Origin: Nymphaea colorata
Lineage: Eukaryota
Reading direction: 5' to 3'
NCBI RefSeq assembly: GCF_008831285.2
Contig: NC_045138.2
Location: forward strand, 20,956,001 to 21,020,000
DNA length: 64,000 nucleotides
Made by a program: the position numbers and the translations under genes. Within the stretch, counting starts at the first letter, position 1. Each line of letters opens with the position of its first letter. The notes under the pieces are model-generated. The model was not told where the DNA came from. It was given only the letters and a program-made list of their open reading frames with translations, and made no database searches. Of the stretch, positions 1 through 13,100 are shown one piece after another.

Positions 1-479
1 GAATTGCACAAGCGAAATAGTTTAGGGGTGAGGACCGCTGTTTGAGCACGAGTCTCCTTCAAAGCCATCGTTGTAGTGCACTTATTTCAATAGAACATAA
101 CAAATAGTAGGCAACAAAAAAATGTTTTCCATGCCTTCATAAATATCTTGGGCATTTTCCAAAGACTGGTTTGGATATTTTTTATTTTATTTTGACATGA
201 TGTTCAAAATCGGCTCTTGAATCAAATCGGCAAAACTGAATCGAATCACTCTTCCATTGAATTGGATTCAAATCCATTCACACACAATTCCTCAAAATTC
301 ATAAGAAAAATTGGTACTTCTTTAGCAACCCAATTTACATTGGGTATGAACCCATGGTTCGCGGTTCAACCCTGGCCCGATCCGATTGAAATAAAATTTA
401 TACATAAGATATATAAATATAAATAACTAAAATATAATATAATAAAATCAAAATTTTATATATATTATTGATTGGCTGA

Positions 480-1172
480 GTTGGGCTGCTTATTGCCAGC
501 TGAGCCCCAAATTCTTTGGAAGGATTCCAAAGGTTAATTTTGTGGCCTGGGCTCCCGATCCATTTACATCTCCACATCAATGGATTTGGATTTACCAGAT
601 CCAAGTCGAACGGTAGATTGTGATTTGTGAGGGAGGCATTTCGGACCCACTGCACGGATAGCCACCGACACCTGCTCTGTTCCCAGACCCGTTTATCGCG
701 GCTCCGGCGAATCCATTACCACAGAGAGGGCGGAGAGCGAGAGAGAGCGAGAGACGCGTCCGTCGGAGAAGGCTTCGGGTCGCATGACATCCGTACCGAT
801 CAGACACTCCGGTCAATCTCCGTCGTCCACTTCTCGTCCTGTCCCCGTCCGCCTTCTTCCGTCACCGTCCGAGGTCCTCCGTCCTCCCCTTCTCTCCCCT
901 CTGTTCTGCCGCTGCAGCCGCTGACTCCGAGAGGGGACACAGAGAGGCGGAGAGTGAGAGAGAGGAGTTTGACGTTGACAGGAAGAGCATGTAAGGGGTG
1001 GTGCCTGAGACAACTGCTTTCTGATTGTTGCTCTCTCCTTGGGAATTCTGGCAATGCCGCTCGTTTCTTGGCCGCCAGATCCGCGGGCGATTTGAAGCTC
1101 CTGCCCCTTGTATGGACGTGGACGTCCCGGGATTGACTTTCTCAATCTCAGACGGCGGCTTCTCATAGAAGC
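480..1172 (+). promoter_or_regulatory. Putative promoter and GC-rich 5' leader of the OFUT gene (site II TGGGCY motifs, GA-rich tract, upstream AUGs)
   Basis: TGGGCT near 482 and 548. GA-rich tract at about 722-753. Shift to a CpG-rich segment ahead of the ATG. The transcription start cannot be seen. Confidence 0.4.
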
Positions 1173-4100
1173 ATGTACGCTTACAGCAGGTTAGGGGGCG
1201 GAGCTGCTGCAGCCGCGGCCGCTGCCGCGGCAACCGGGGGCGGGAAACCGACGTCGCCGCGCCGGTCTCCTAGGGCGAAGTACGGGAGGAGCAAATTTGC
1301 TGGTCGGAACTCGGGGTTTGAGTCGCCGGCAAAGCTGCAAAGGGTGGCGGAGCGGCTGGCCTACTTGCTTCTTTCCTTGGTGTTTAGGAGGCACGGAGTG
1401 CTGCTCTTTGCCCCCCTTATCTATCTCTCCGGGATGCTGCTGTACATGGGCACGCTGCCGATCGAGATCCCCCGCGTCGTCCACCGGCCGCCTCCCGGGT
1501 CGACCTACCGGAGCCCCCAGGTCTTCGAGAAGCTCTGGCCTCATATGCAGGCCGACCGTTCCCAGATGAACGCCGTCAGTTTCATCTTTCTCTTCTCTCT
1601 TGCCTTAATCTTTTCTTTCTTTCTTTCCTTTTTCATAATTTAGTTTTGTGACTGGATAGTGCAAATTTCATTTTTCCGAGTATCGACATGATTTGTTTAT
1701 TTTTCATTTTCTTGTTTTTCTTTGCTCGAATTTGCCTCTCCTCCTTATTCATAATATAATAATATATAGCAATCCATGGGGGTGTCCGTGTGCATGTGTG
1801 GAAAACCTGGTCTTATACTTTTATATTTGGGTAACTTGGCATTCATGCTGTATTCGTATTCCAGATGTGTTTTCCTGTTGCTTATCCTTAGGAATGATCA
1901 GTACCATTTATCGTGCACATATTATCACTGTTTGTGGTAGGTACTGTGGATTATCCAACTTTGGGTAGCCTCATTAAGTTCTCTATGGCCGTTAATTTTT
2001 ATCATAGACATAAGAATAAGGAGTGAATAGGAAATAGAAAGATAATAAACATATATCACTACCACAGTTACCATTGTGGTGAAATCCTTTGTGGGGTTTG
2101 ATTTGGAAATCCGGTTTCATCATTTATTTCAGAATCTGTGTCCAACTTGCTTGCCTCCTGAACATAGTTCAATTTTCAGTGTTTCCACTAGGTCATCCAA
2201 CTGATGAATCAAAGGATACAAGTTCAGGTTTTTAGACAAGTTCAGATTAGCTAGTATTATTTGAAGTCACTTTTCCATATATAAGATGTGGCTGCTTACC
2301 AGGAGATCGCAAGAAATTTATCTCTTAAAGTTCCTCCATGCAGAAATCAGTATATTCTTAGATTTATCGAGCTGAGGATTAGGCAGTTGATTGGCTAGAT
2401 GTATGAACTATGAAATTTCATAAATAGGTTGACTTACTTAAATCCCTCAAAAATCAAGTGAAAAACTATACATTCTTCTTTTAGAATGTGAGTTCTAGCC
2501 AATTTGTTACATCTTAGTGAATTAAAATAGATCAAACTCTAATCCTCCCTTAGATACTCATTTGTTAAATCCTATCTGATTTTGATGTTATATACTAACA
2601 AAGGTTTATGCTAATTCTGAGAATTGTCCGATCCTTGTAAGCTTGTATTGATTAAAGGATGATTTGATGTGGTGTATGTTCACTTAGCTAGAGTCCTCTT
2701 AACCTTGAAGACTAACTGGGAAGTTTGTTTCTTATAAAAGTGCTGTACAACATGATAAGTCATTGGCTTTAGATGTGGCATATAATTATACTGCATCAAA
2801 TAAGTACATAAATATATTTTATGTTGTCTTAGCACTGATGAGTATCTTATTTACCTGTTAAAATTTAAACATCTAGTACAGATCTTTGTTGACATTTGCT
2901 GCTTATATTCACAGTCTTATTTAATAAATCATTGATTATTATAAATTCCTTGATGAGCATCTCTAAATTTTAGATATTTAGAAAATTGTGATAGCATATA
3001 ACATTGAAAAAATTTAACCAAGAAAGACACGGTTAAAGAGAATACCAAAATAAGTTACTGATTGTGTGGTTCTGGCTGCAGAAAATTTCTCTTTCACCGC
3101 CTGGTTGAACTGGAATTTCATAGTAGGTCATTTAACAAAGATTCAAGATCAAGCATTGTTGTCACACGGCCTGTAAAAAATGCATCTAGATCTTTTGGAA
3201 ACTGTCGAAATTCTCCTGATGATCCTCCTTATGTCTGAGTTCAGAAAATAAGCATTTTTCCATGATTACTTTTCCATGAATGCCAGCTTGTGAACTTTTT
3301 AGTTTTATAGTACCTCTTGTGTTCTTAAGTTCTTGTTCATGGTCTGTGATTTGTTCTTCATGATCCTCCGATTTTATGCCACTTTTTCACATGATTTCAT
3401 GTAATTGTTCTTGCCCTTCGTTTTTTTGCCGAAAAAAGAAAAAAGTGCCTATAAGTTCCTTTCCTTTTCTACTTATGGATGTTGCAAATTTTGCTTCAAA
3501 TATCTGTTTATGCTAGTATTTTTTTTTCCCTGTTTTTCCTGCTCATCACAACTGATTTCTACTTATGGATACTCTGTCTTTTGGTTCATGTATCTTGTTT
3601 CTCATATGGTTATTTTTTCTTTGTAGTTTGTCCTTGTAAGGTATTTTTCGTTGTCCTTGTGTCTACTTATGGAGAGTGCGAGTATTGCTTCCAATATCTT
3701 GTTTCTCCCCCTCTATGTCATGTTCTGCAGAGGACCTGGCTATGTTTATATGTGTGTGTGTATATGTGTGTATTGATGATGATGATAAGAAAATAAAGTA
3801 AACTTATCATCAGATCGATATGCATAAAAATTACAAATCTACTTTTATTATATACTAGTAGTACAAGTAGGTCTAAACTGCATTGACTTTAATAATAACT
3901 CCCGTTATTCACATTACGCAATTCAAACAAATTTGCAAGCAATAATAATGAGACAGCAAATAGGTTAATGACAAAGAACCTTTATACTTTACACTAGTAA
4001 AGCTTTAATCTCTAAGATACTAACTATATTTATAATATCGTGCATGCACAATGGCTTTGGAAAAGGAACTTTGTTCACATTTTTTTTTACCATACTATAC

Positions 4101-7100
4101 TTGCTCAGATTTGACAGTGTCTAATTTTGGACAGAAAAGCCCACAGGTTCATCAACTTCTTTGGCCATGTCTGAGCCATGTCCAAAGTCACACCGATGTC
4201 TGGCTGTCTTGACACATGTATGACATTCAGATAGAAGTGCCCACATGACATGCGATTAATAAGGTTTCCTGTTTCAGTTTCCTCTCTATATTAGGCAATT
4301 GTATGGCCTCCTTGTATGCATAAATGCATTCCAAATTTGTGGTCATCAATTAGGCTAAGATAAAATATGGTTAAAAGAGAAAGAAAACAACTTCAATTTG
4401 AAAGTCACCACTATGAGACTTTTTTGGAATCAAGAGATCCTCTAGTTTATATTTTGACATACAGACTGAGGTTGTATCTTCGTAACTGTTTGGGGTTGCA
4501 TATCTTTTTGTCTCTCTTTGATCCTTAACCACATCAGAAATAATTTAATCTTTGATCCTTAACCTATGAGAAATAGTTTCATACTTTTTCTGGAATGGAA
4601 TTCTAAAGTTATGCAACTAAATGTAGTTGACGGCGGCATGGCACACAAGGGGAGGTCAAACATGGAAACCTTGTATTGACCAGAAGACGTCCATAGAAGG
4701 TTTGGCTTTTTTTTTGTGTGTGGGTGTGTGTGTCTGGACGTCATGCTTTCTTGATTTTATTTGATTAATTGTTTATCAGGATGTAGTGACCATTGTGTAC
4801 TTGGCTGCTATGCTTTACTGTACTAACTGAATAGATCTAACTGATTTATCCTCTGACTATACTCAGTTTAGGATTTCCTCTGGTTGGAATTTTAACTATT
4901 TGTGTTTGTCCGTTTATTTCCTGGTCTTTTGATGGTTTACGTTGTGAACATTTATGGACATTGATACATCTTACACCAACTACCTGTTTCTCAACTTTAA
5001 TAGATTGTAAATGTTTTACTTTCTATATCCAAATATCAAAAGAAAAAACCCTGTAAAGGATGTATTATACCATGGGTTAAAGGGCTGTTAGATTTGAAAG
5101 GTGGGGGGAAAATGTATTAGATATGGAAAGATGGAACCACAGGAATTTACAGCAAACAACTAATGACTTAGAATAGAATTCAGCTATTGATCTGGTTGAT
5201 CAACATTTTTTCGTTGTTTATTGTCAGTAAATTTCCCTTTTTGTTTCATTCCTTATTTTGTATGGAGTGCGAAAGATTCATCGGGTTTCTCAGTACAAGT
5301 TTCTTTCTTACACTTTTTGCCTGGGGTACAAACCTTAATAAATTGTGTTGCTGTTTTCTTTCTCCATAAATAATTTCCCTCCTTTGGAGGTCATTATTCG
5401 AATAAGTAATTGCTTTCCAGAAGATTTTAATCACTTGCAATAATTCTGTCTTTTTAAACTGCCAATATGGAACAATCACCCGCAGATCAACTAAATTTTC
5501 AACGATGAAATAATTTACTTTTGCATTGTTGCCAATAATCCGGACAGTTGATCAAGGACTTGTCATTGAGAAACTTTATAGTATTTAAATGTTTTGGTGT
5601 AACAAATTATTGTGTTATAAATAATTTTTACGAGGATTCTCTCTTCCATCTCCTAAATTCAGTCCGTACTTCCTTGAATCCCATCATCTGTGTTGAAATA
5701 GAATTCATTCACTTATCCACTTCTGTTTTGCTTCCCTTATCCTTTCGATTTATTGATAACTGTGGTTGGAAATAACCAGTACTTGTGTATTAAGCTAGGC
5801 ATTAGGTTTGGGCTTAGTTTATCTATGCATTGGTTTACTTTTTTTCAAAGATGAAAAGAGGAAAAGAATAGAATTAATATCGACCAGTTAGCACAATGTT
5901 CTGCAATAGTTTATCGCAATTGGACAATGTGCTTGCTTATTATGCTTGCCATTTCCCTTATGTGATTGCATCAGAACTTCCCTTATCCTTTTCATTTATT
6001 GGTCACAGTGGTTACAAGTGACCACTACCTATATATGAAGCTAGACATTGGCATTGCACTTAATCAATGTATAAACCAGTTGGTTTACCTTTTGGAAAGA
6101 TGAAGAGGGGGAAAATAGAATTAGTAATTGAAATGTTAGGATGATGTTCTACAATATTTATACATTTCTTATCGTAATCTCATAATGTGCTTATTAATTG
6201 TTTTTTGCCATTTTTACTATGTGATGCATCAGAAGTTCCTGCTTCAAATGGTTACCTCATTATTGAAGCAAATGGTGGTCTAAATCAGCAACGTATATCG
6301 GTATGATATGTTGATACTTGATATCAAAGTTTATTCTTCTTTAAAGATTCTATATTTTCTGCCCCTTTGTCATTTTTCATGCTAATATCCAAAAGCATTG
6401 TTGTGTGTGTATGGCTTAAAATATCGTTTTTCAAGTTATTAACGTGAAACTTATTAGTATCAGTTACACATACATTTGCTTAAGATGCTTTTTTTTGAAA
6501 AAAAATTTAATTTTAATTTTAATTTTTTCTTAATTGTGATAGCTATGCATGAAAGATATAGTGGTCATTTAAACAAATCATTGGCAACTTGTTGAGCTTA
6601 GCCTGAAAACTAAAGTATCATTTACATGTCAAATGAGGTCTGGTAAAGATGAAAAATTAGCAACCTCTTTGGGCTTGAAGTCTTCACATTAAAACTTTCA
6701 TACACTGCATTATGCAACCTGAACTATATCTAAATTCTAGAAAACTTATAGCTTAATGCTGCAAACAACTTCTCAGGAATTTGACATTATTCTGTAAAAT
6801 TTGCAAGCTTGCAGCGATAAATTGTAGAACATTGAAGTTTCCTAGACATAAAAGATGCCATAGGTATAAACTTTTCCCTTGTTTCTCCAGAGTCCAAACA
6901 TGCACATTCCAGTCTGTTTCCAGTTATGATGTCCAATTCTATAAATGTTTAGATTATCTTATACCTTATTTTGTGCAGATTTGTGATGCAGTAGCAGTTG
7001 CGGGCCTGCTAAATGCTACCCTTGTTATCCCGACATTTCATTTAAATAGTGTCTGGCGTGATTCAAGGTACAGTAGTCTGCTTAGTTTGCACTTTGCACT

Positions 7101-10100
7101 CTTTCTGCCGTGGTTTAAAAATTAATATTAATCTAAGGATTTGTCTTGGTTGACATGGCCCCTGCATTATGACACAATTAACAGACAAGATATACAGGGG
7201 ATTGACCTCTCTCTCTCTCTCTCTCTTTTCAAACGAACTTGTTTTTTCATTAGATCTCTGTGTTTTGGTTCTATTCTTACTATGAGTTTGTTGTTATTTA
7301 GGATTCCTGAGTCATACATTTGAGAAAATCACAGCAGTGGACACACTTATGATAGTTATCAGTCTTTTCTGATGTTAGATGCTTGCTTTCTTTTTTTCCC
7401 AAATGTCCTTTTAATTGCAACTGCCTTAAACATTATTGTATTAATTATAAACAGTATTTTATTAATTATTCTCTTCCAATGTTATGTGATGCAGGCTGTT
7501 CCTAGAACTTGTATTATTTAATTTGATCCCTTTGAGTATGATAAGGTATTTCTTTTCTTATATGGCACAGCAAGTTTGGCGATATTTTTGATGAGGAGCA
7601 CTTCATTGAAGTCCTCAAGAATGAGGTGAAAGTGGTGAAAGAGCTCCCAGAGGACGTTCTTCAGAAATTTGACAATAATATTAGCAACATCACAAATTTG
7701 AGGGTGAAGGCATGGTCAACGGCTAACCACTATTTGGAGAAGGTCCTCCCAAAGTTGCTTAAACTTGGGTAATGAATATATTTGTCTTCCTGTTGTCCTG
7801 AAAATTGCATTTTTAGTGTCACCATGCCTTCTAAATTTGCTGAGGTTTCAATAGCGGCTGATTGGAAAATGATTCAATAATTATTGACATCGTTTTCTTC
7901 TGTTGCCTTCTATGAAAAACCTTTTAACATGAGGATCTCTGTTGCCTTATGCGGTTAATTTTTTGGTCAGACTTACTCCAGTACTCTACCTTGTTTTACA
8001 TTCTTTCACAAACACTGGGTTAAGGTGATAGGCAGAGAAAATTTTTATGCTACAAATATCCTAAGCATGTTATATTTGTGTATGGAGTGGAAGTTTTTCT
8101 TTCATAGCCTAGTGAGAGTGGTCCTTGTGTGTGGTCCTAGTTTTTCTCTGGACCTTGTCTGGATTACAGATTAAATTCTCCTTCATCTACTTGATTTTTT
8201 GCTTTTAGGACTTTTGGTTAGCTTTTAAGTATGGCGATTTGATGTCTATGCATGTGACTAACTGTCTGGATAATTTCCAATTCTTTTAGTTCAGCCTTGT
8301 TTAGTCCTTGAAACACATCTTCAGATAGAGCAACGGAACTCTTAGTGTGGGAATAGTCTCTATAGGTCTAAAATATTTCCTTTGCCATTATTTGGCTAGC
8401 TATTGACATAAACAGCAACTTCTTGTTGTTTTATCCTGTTGGAGTTTATTATTATTTTTTTCCGTTTTTTAATTTCATTGGCCATGGCAATGTCAGTCAC
8501 GTAAATAATGACTATTTGGTGGGTCTGTTTTAGGTACCTTCTTCGTTTAGTTATCTGCTCAAGTTTCATATTTCATTTCTTTGGTTTATTTTTCTTTTGA
8601 ATATTTAACACACTATTTGGTTATTTCTCCTTCTCTGGGTCACAGTGCTGTACGCATTGCACCATTTTCAAATCGTTTGGCAAATGAAGTTCCTGAACAC
8701 ATCCAATATCTGAGATGCTTAACCAATTTCAAAGCATTGAGATTTTCTGAGCCAATAAGATTACTTGCAGACAGTATGTTTAATCGCATGGTTCAGAAGA
8801 GCTCCTTGAGCAATGGAAAGTATGTTTCCATCCATCTTCGGTTTGAAGAGGTATTTGTTTTTCTATCTTCTACGTTCTTTACTTTCTGCTGTGTTTTTGC
8901 GACAGTAATTATACTATGTGATGTTTTCTCATGTTATGCCTTGATATCGGGTCTCCAAGTCTTGCATGATTCTCCAAGAGTTGTTTCATATCTCAGGATA
9001 TGGTAGCATTTTCATGCTGTATTTATGATGGTGGCGAGGAAGAAAAGCGTGAAATGGATAAAGCACGTGAAAGAGGATGGAGAGGGAAGTTCAGCAAAAC
9101 TGGTCGAATAATTAGACCTGGAGCTATACGGATGGATGGAAAGTGTCCTTTGACACCACTGGAGGTTTGTTTCTTCTGCAAACAATAGACTTGAAGAAAT
9201 TTTGTTATGGATTGATTTTTCATCCAAGGAGATTTAATGAATGCTGTAAATATTTGTTATAATAGTTAGGTTTTCATTCAGGGAAGACTAGTATGGGTTG
9301 GCTTCAGGATGATGTTAAATCTTGGCCATATTCAAAAGTTGAGTCACCTTTATTGGTTTTCCTCTTCGCTACTTAGACACTGCGTGACACGAGTACGCCT
9401 GTTTTGCCCAGGTGCCCATGTCAGGTACGTGGGTACAGCGACACGGGTACGGGTACGGCTGGGGTATGGCTATATTTTAAAAACTTAATTTTTTCTCTAA
9501 TTTTTTATTTTCCCCATCTTTGATATTTCCCTTCCAATAAGATTCTATAGTTTCCTCTCATTTCTTTTTAATTTTGAGATTTTTTTGTAGATTATAAGAC
9601 TATTACTGCTTTTTTTTTTTTTCATTTGATCATTTTTGAGAATTTAAAAATTTGCCGTACCCGCGTACCCATATTTTCAAAATCGCCGTACCCGAACCCG
9701 TATCGTCGTACCCGTACCCATACTGCACCCGCATGTGACATAGCTTAGACAATATTTTCTTTTTTTATGCTTATGCTTTCGGTGGTTCTCCATTCTTTTG
9801 GATTTTGGGGTAATAATTATTTCCAAAAACATCATATCACAACTTCTGCAACAAAACCACTCATTCCTGGTAATGCAAGTGAAGCCATCGAGAAGCTACT
9901 GAACATCGTAAAGATTCTTGGCATTAGCATATCGATTTCCCCCCATTCGTTTTGAAATGAACGAACACCAAAATACTCTTCTTTGTATGGAGGAGTGTTA
10001 GAAGGGAACAAGTTTAGGATTATTTTCTCTTATTCTTCATTTTTTTTGCATGTTTGTAGAGTTTGGAAAACATCTAGTTGCATTTACATCATGGAATGTC

Positions 10101-13100
10101 AACTTCATTATTTTGGGTCTTCACTTTTGAGATAAAGACTAGTTCCTGTTCATGTTATTCTTTTCTTTCTGTATTTGTGGATCTCCCAGTTCTGAGGTAC
10201 TAGTTGTCTGATTCACCTTCAAGTTCCTTCAAATAGGGTCAATAAAGTGTAACTTTGTGCTTGTGGTGCCCAGATTTAATGTATATGAATCTATGTTTCG
10301 TGGAAAGGATGTTGGCTGAAAGGCCTGACAATGATTGACGTGGCATGCTCGAGCTTACGAAGTTCTTGAAATTTCTTTTTTGTTGCATCTTATCGACTCA
10401 GTATATTCAGAATATGTGCTTATATAGTTGAAGTTGTGATTTCTGCCAGTGCAGAGTGTATTTTGATTTAATGGCAGAGGGTTGACTGAAGGAGGCGATG
10501 GACGTCCGTTCCTCAAGACTTTCACTGTTCTGTTAATCTTCTCTTAGTACTACAGTCTTTTCTTTCTCCTCATTCTTTTGGACACGTGAGCATTCTCAGT
10601 GGACATCTTATTGCCATTCTCAAATTGAAATAATTTTTCTCTCTTTTTAAATTTTAAATGTCATGTTATAGGCTATTTTTAAAATGAAGCTCTCTCTCTC
10701 TCTCTCTCTCTCTGTGAAAAATAGGCACCATGTCCTGTGCCATAGCTCTTGGTCTGGGCTAAGGATGCCTTAATAGGCACAACCAGTCCTACCCTGCATC
10801 CTAAAGCATTTTCCGATTGCAAGCCATGAGGTGCTTCTTGCTGCATCCCTCTAGATGGACTATCCAGCCATTTATTGCTGTCTGGCTGTATAGAAAAGGT
10901 TCCAAAGAAGAAGTTTCTTGCCTTTGCTTTCTTTGTGTGCATGTGTGTGTTTAAAAAATAGCTACTGTGCCCCCATGGTTTGTCTCTTGGTTTTCGGCCA
11001 TAAGGATGCCTAATAAACAGAGCCAATCTCTCCTGCATTCTTACCATTTTCCAGGTGCAAGCCATGAGATGTTCGCTATGGCTCTATAGGTTCACTTTCC
11101 AGCGACTTGTTGCTGTATGACTGTAAAAGGAAAAGGAAAGTCCATATGATGGTGAAAGTTTGCCATTTTCTTTTATCAAGTATAGAAATATTTTGTGTTT
11201 TTATAGTGGTGATCTGCCAAGGACGTAGGAGTATGTTGTACAAGCTACTCGCTTTGTTGAGGCAACATGATACTGGATGCAGTATGGACTATGAAGGCTT
11301 GTCATAAACTTATTTGTTTTGACCATTGTTCCAGAACCATTATTCAAAATCATGCACTTAAGATGATCTGTTGTACTTAATTCCTTTAGATTAAGAATTT
11401 GAAAGGTAAACTATGAAGCATGTAACCATATTTCTTGTCCTAGTCTTGTCATCGTTGTGTAATCCAAATATGCTCTGTTTCACATGTCTGTTGTTGCTTG
11501 TGATATGTAAATTTTAGAGCCAAACATCTCCTCATAACAATGTGCTGGAGTGTCTCACTGTTTTTGTTGATTATAGTGACATACTGCTAGCCTTCATCAA
11601 TTTTTGGGAAGCAACTGCATGTGTGTTATTCTCAAATGTGCTTGCTTAACTTTTCCATCGTGTTCTTCTTTTCATTTTTTTGACAGGTAGGAATGATGCT
11701 CAGAGGGATGGGTTTTGACAATGGAACTCATGTTTATGTTGCTGCTGGGAAAATTTACAAGGCAGAGAAATATATGGCTCCACTTCAGCAAATGTTCCCT
11801 TTTCTAGAAACGAAGGAGTCCCTAGCATCAGAAGATGAACTTGCTTCGTTCAAGGTTCTGGAATTTGTGTACTAATTATAGTTTCTAACCTAATCACAGT
11901 GCAGTTTTTGCATATAGATTTTCTTCATTTTATATGCATCCAGCATCATTATGGTGAATGATGATGGTACATTCAAATTGAAAAGTGGTTTTTTGCTGTA
12001 GGGCCACTCTTCAAGGCTAGCTGCACTTGACTATACTGTGTGCCTTCACAGCGAAGTTTTCGTGACAACCCAAGGTGGCAACTTCCCTCATTTTTTGATG
12101 GGTCACAGGCGTTACCTGTATGAGGGCCATGCAAAGACAATTAAGCCAGACAAAAGGAAACTAGCACTCATGTTTGACAACCCAAGGATCAGGTTAGTGG
12201 TTGGTGAGCCTTGCAGTGATTTTTGAAAGTGATGGTTTCTTTTTATTCTCTGTATGGTTGCATACATCATGAAAGAAAAGGACACATAGTCAATATGGCA
12301 TTGCAGATAGTAAATTCAACAATATTATCAACTTTTAACAGCCTTTGTGTCTTAGATTGGGATTTTTCTTTTAGTTAATATCCATATAATATTGTTACAT
12401 CTTTCTGCAGACTTGTAGATAAATTCTAATCACTAGTTGATGTTGTCCTAGAAATTTCACTCATCTCGAGCTGTACTACGCAAGTTAGAAACACGCCTCA
12501 GAATAAGGTCAATATGTGATACACACACCACACACATTCTGATATGCTGTCAGCATCTCCTTAGTCCTTATTGTTCCAAACTTTTTCAGTTTCAACTTTG
12601 TTCTTCACAATTGTATGAACGTTCAGCAAAATACACATGGGTTGTGATATCTTATCACTGGTCATCTTTCTAGTAAACACATTTCACCTCATACAAAATA
12701 GGTTTGCACAACGGTGCTGTAAGTTCCTAACTCAAATGCATGCCACTGGTACAGATGATCGGTTGACAAATAGTGGATACATCTCTAATATGGCTGCCAT
12801 TCGTAACATTTTTTTAATCCTATGTTACAGAGCTGCAGGTATAAGATGTGGGTCAGAAGAGGGTTATGACCTGCTGCGCTCACACATATTCAATTGAAAT
12901 TTACGTTAAATAAAATAAGTGATCCATCATCCATGGTTAGGGACTAAAAGGTCCTATTCTTTGCTATATATATTCAAATGAAAATTTATATTAACTCCGA
13001 TGCATCATACATGCTTCCTAATTAGAGACTAAAGGTCTCCTTCTTTGATCAAATCAGAAGGTTAACAAACAAAAATAAAGAAAGTTCCATTGGATTTGGT

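Noticed and set aside
592..1569. Several overlapping ORFs of 70-170 aa (e.g. 627..1136 +, 813..1166 -, 862..1233 -, 1191..1544 -, 1297..1569 +)
   Set aside because: By-products of the GC-rich leader and first exon of the OFUT gene. They have non-ATG starts or antisense/alternate frames, and no recognisable domains.
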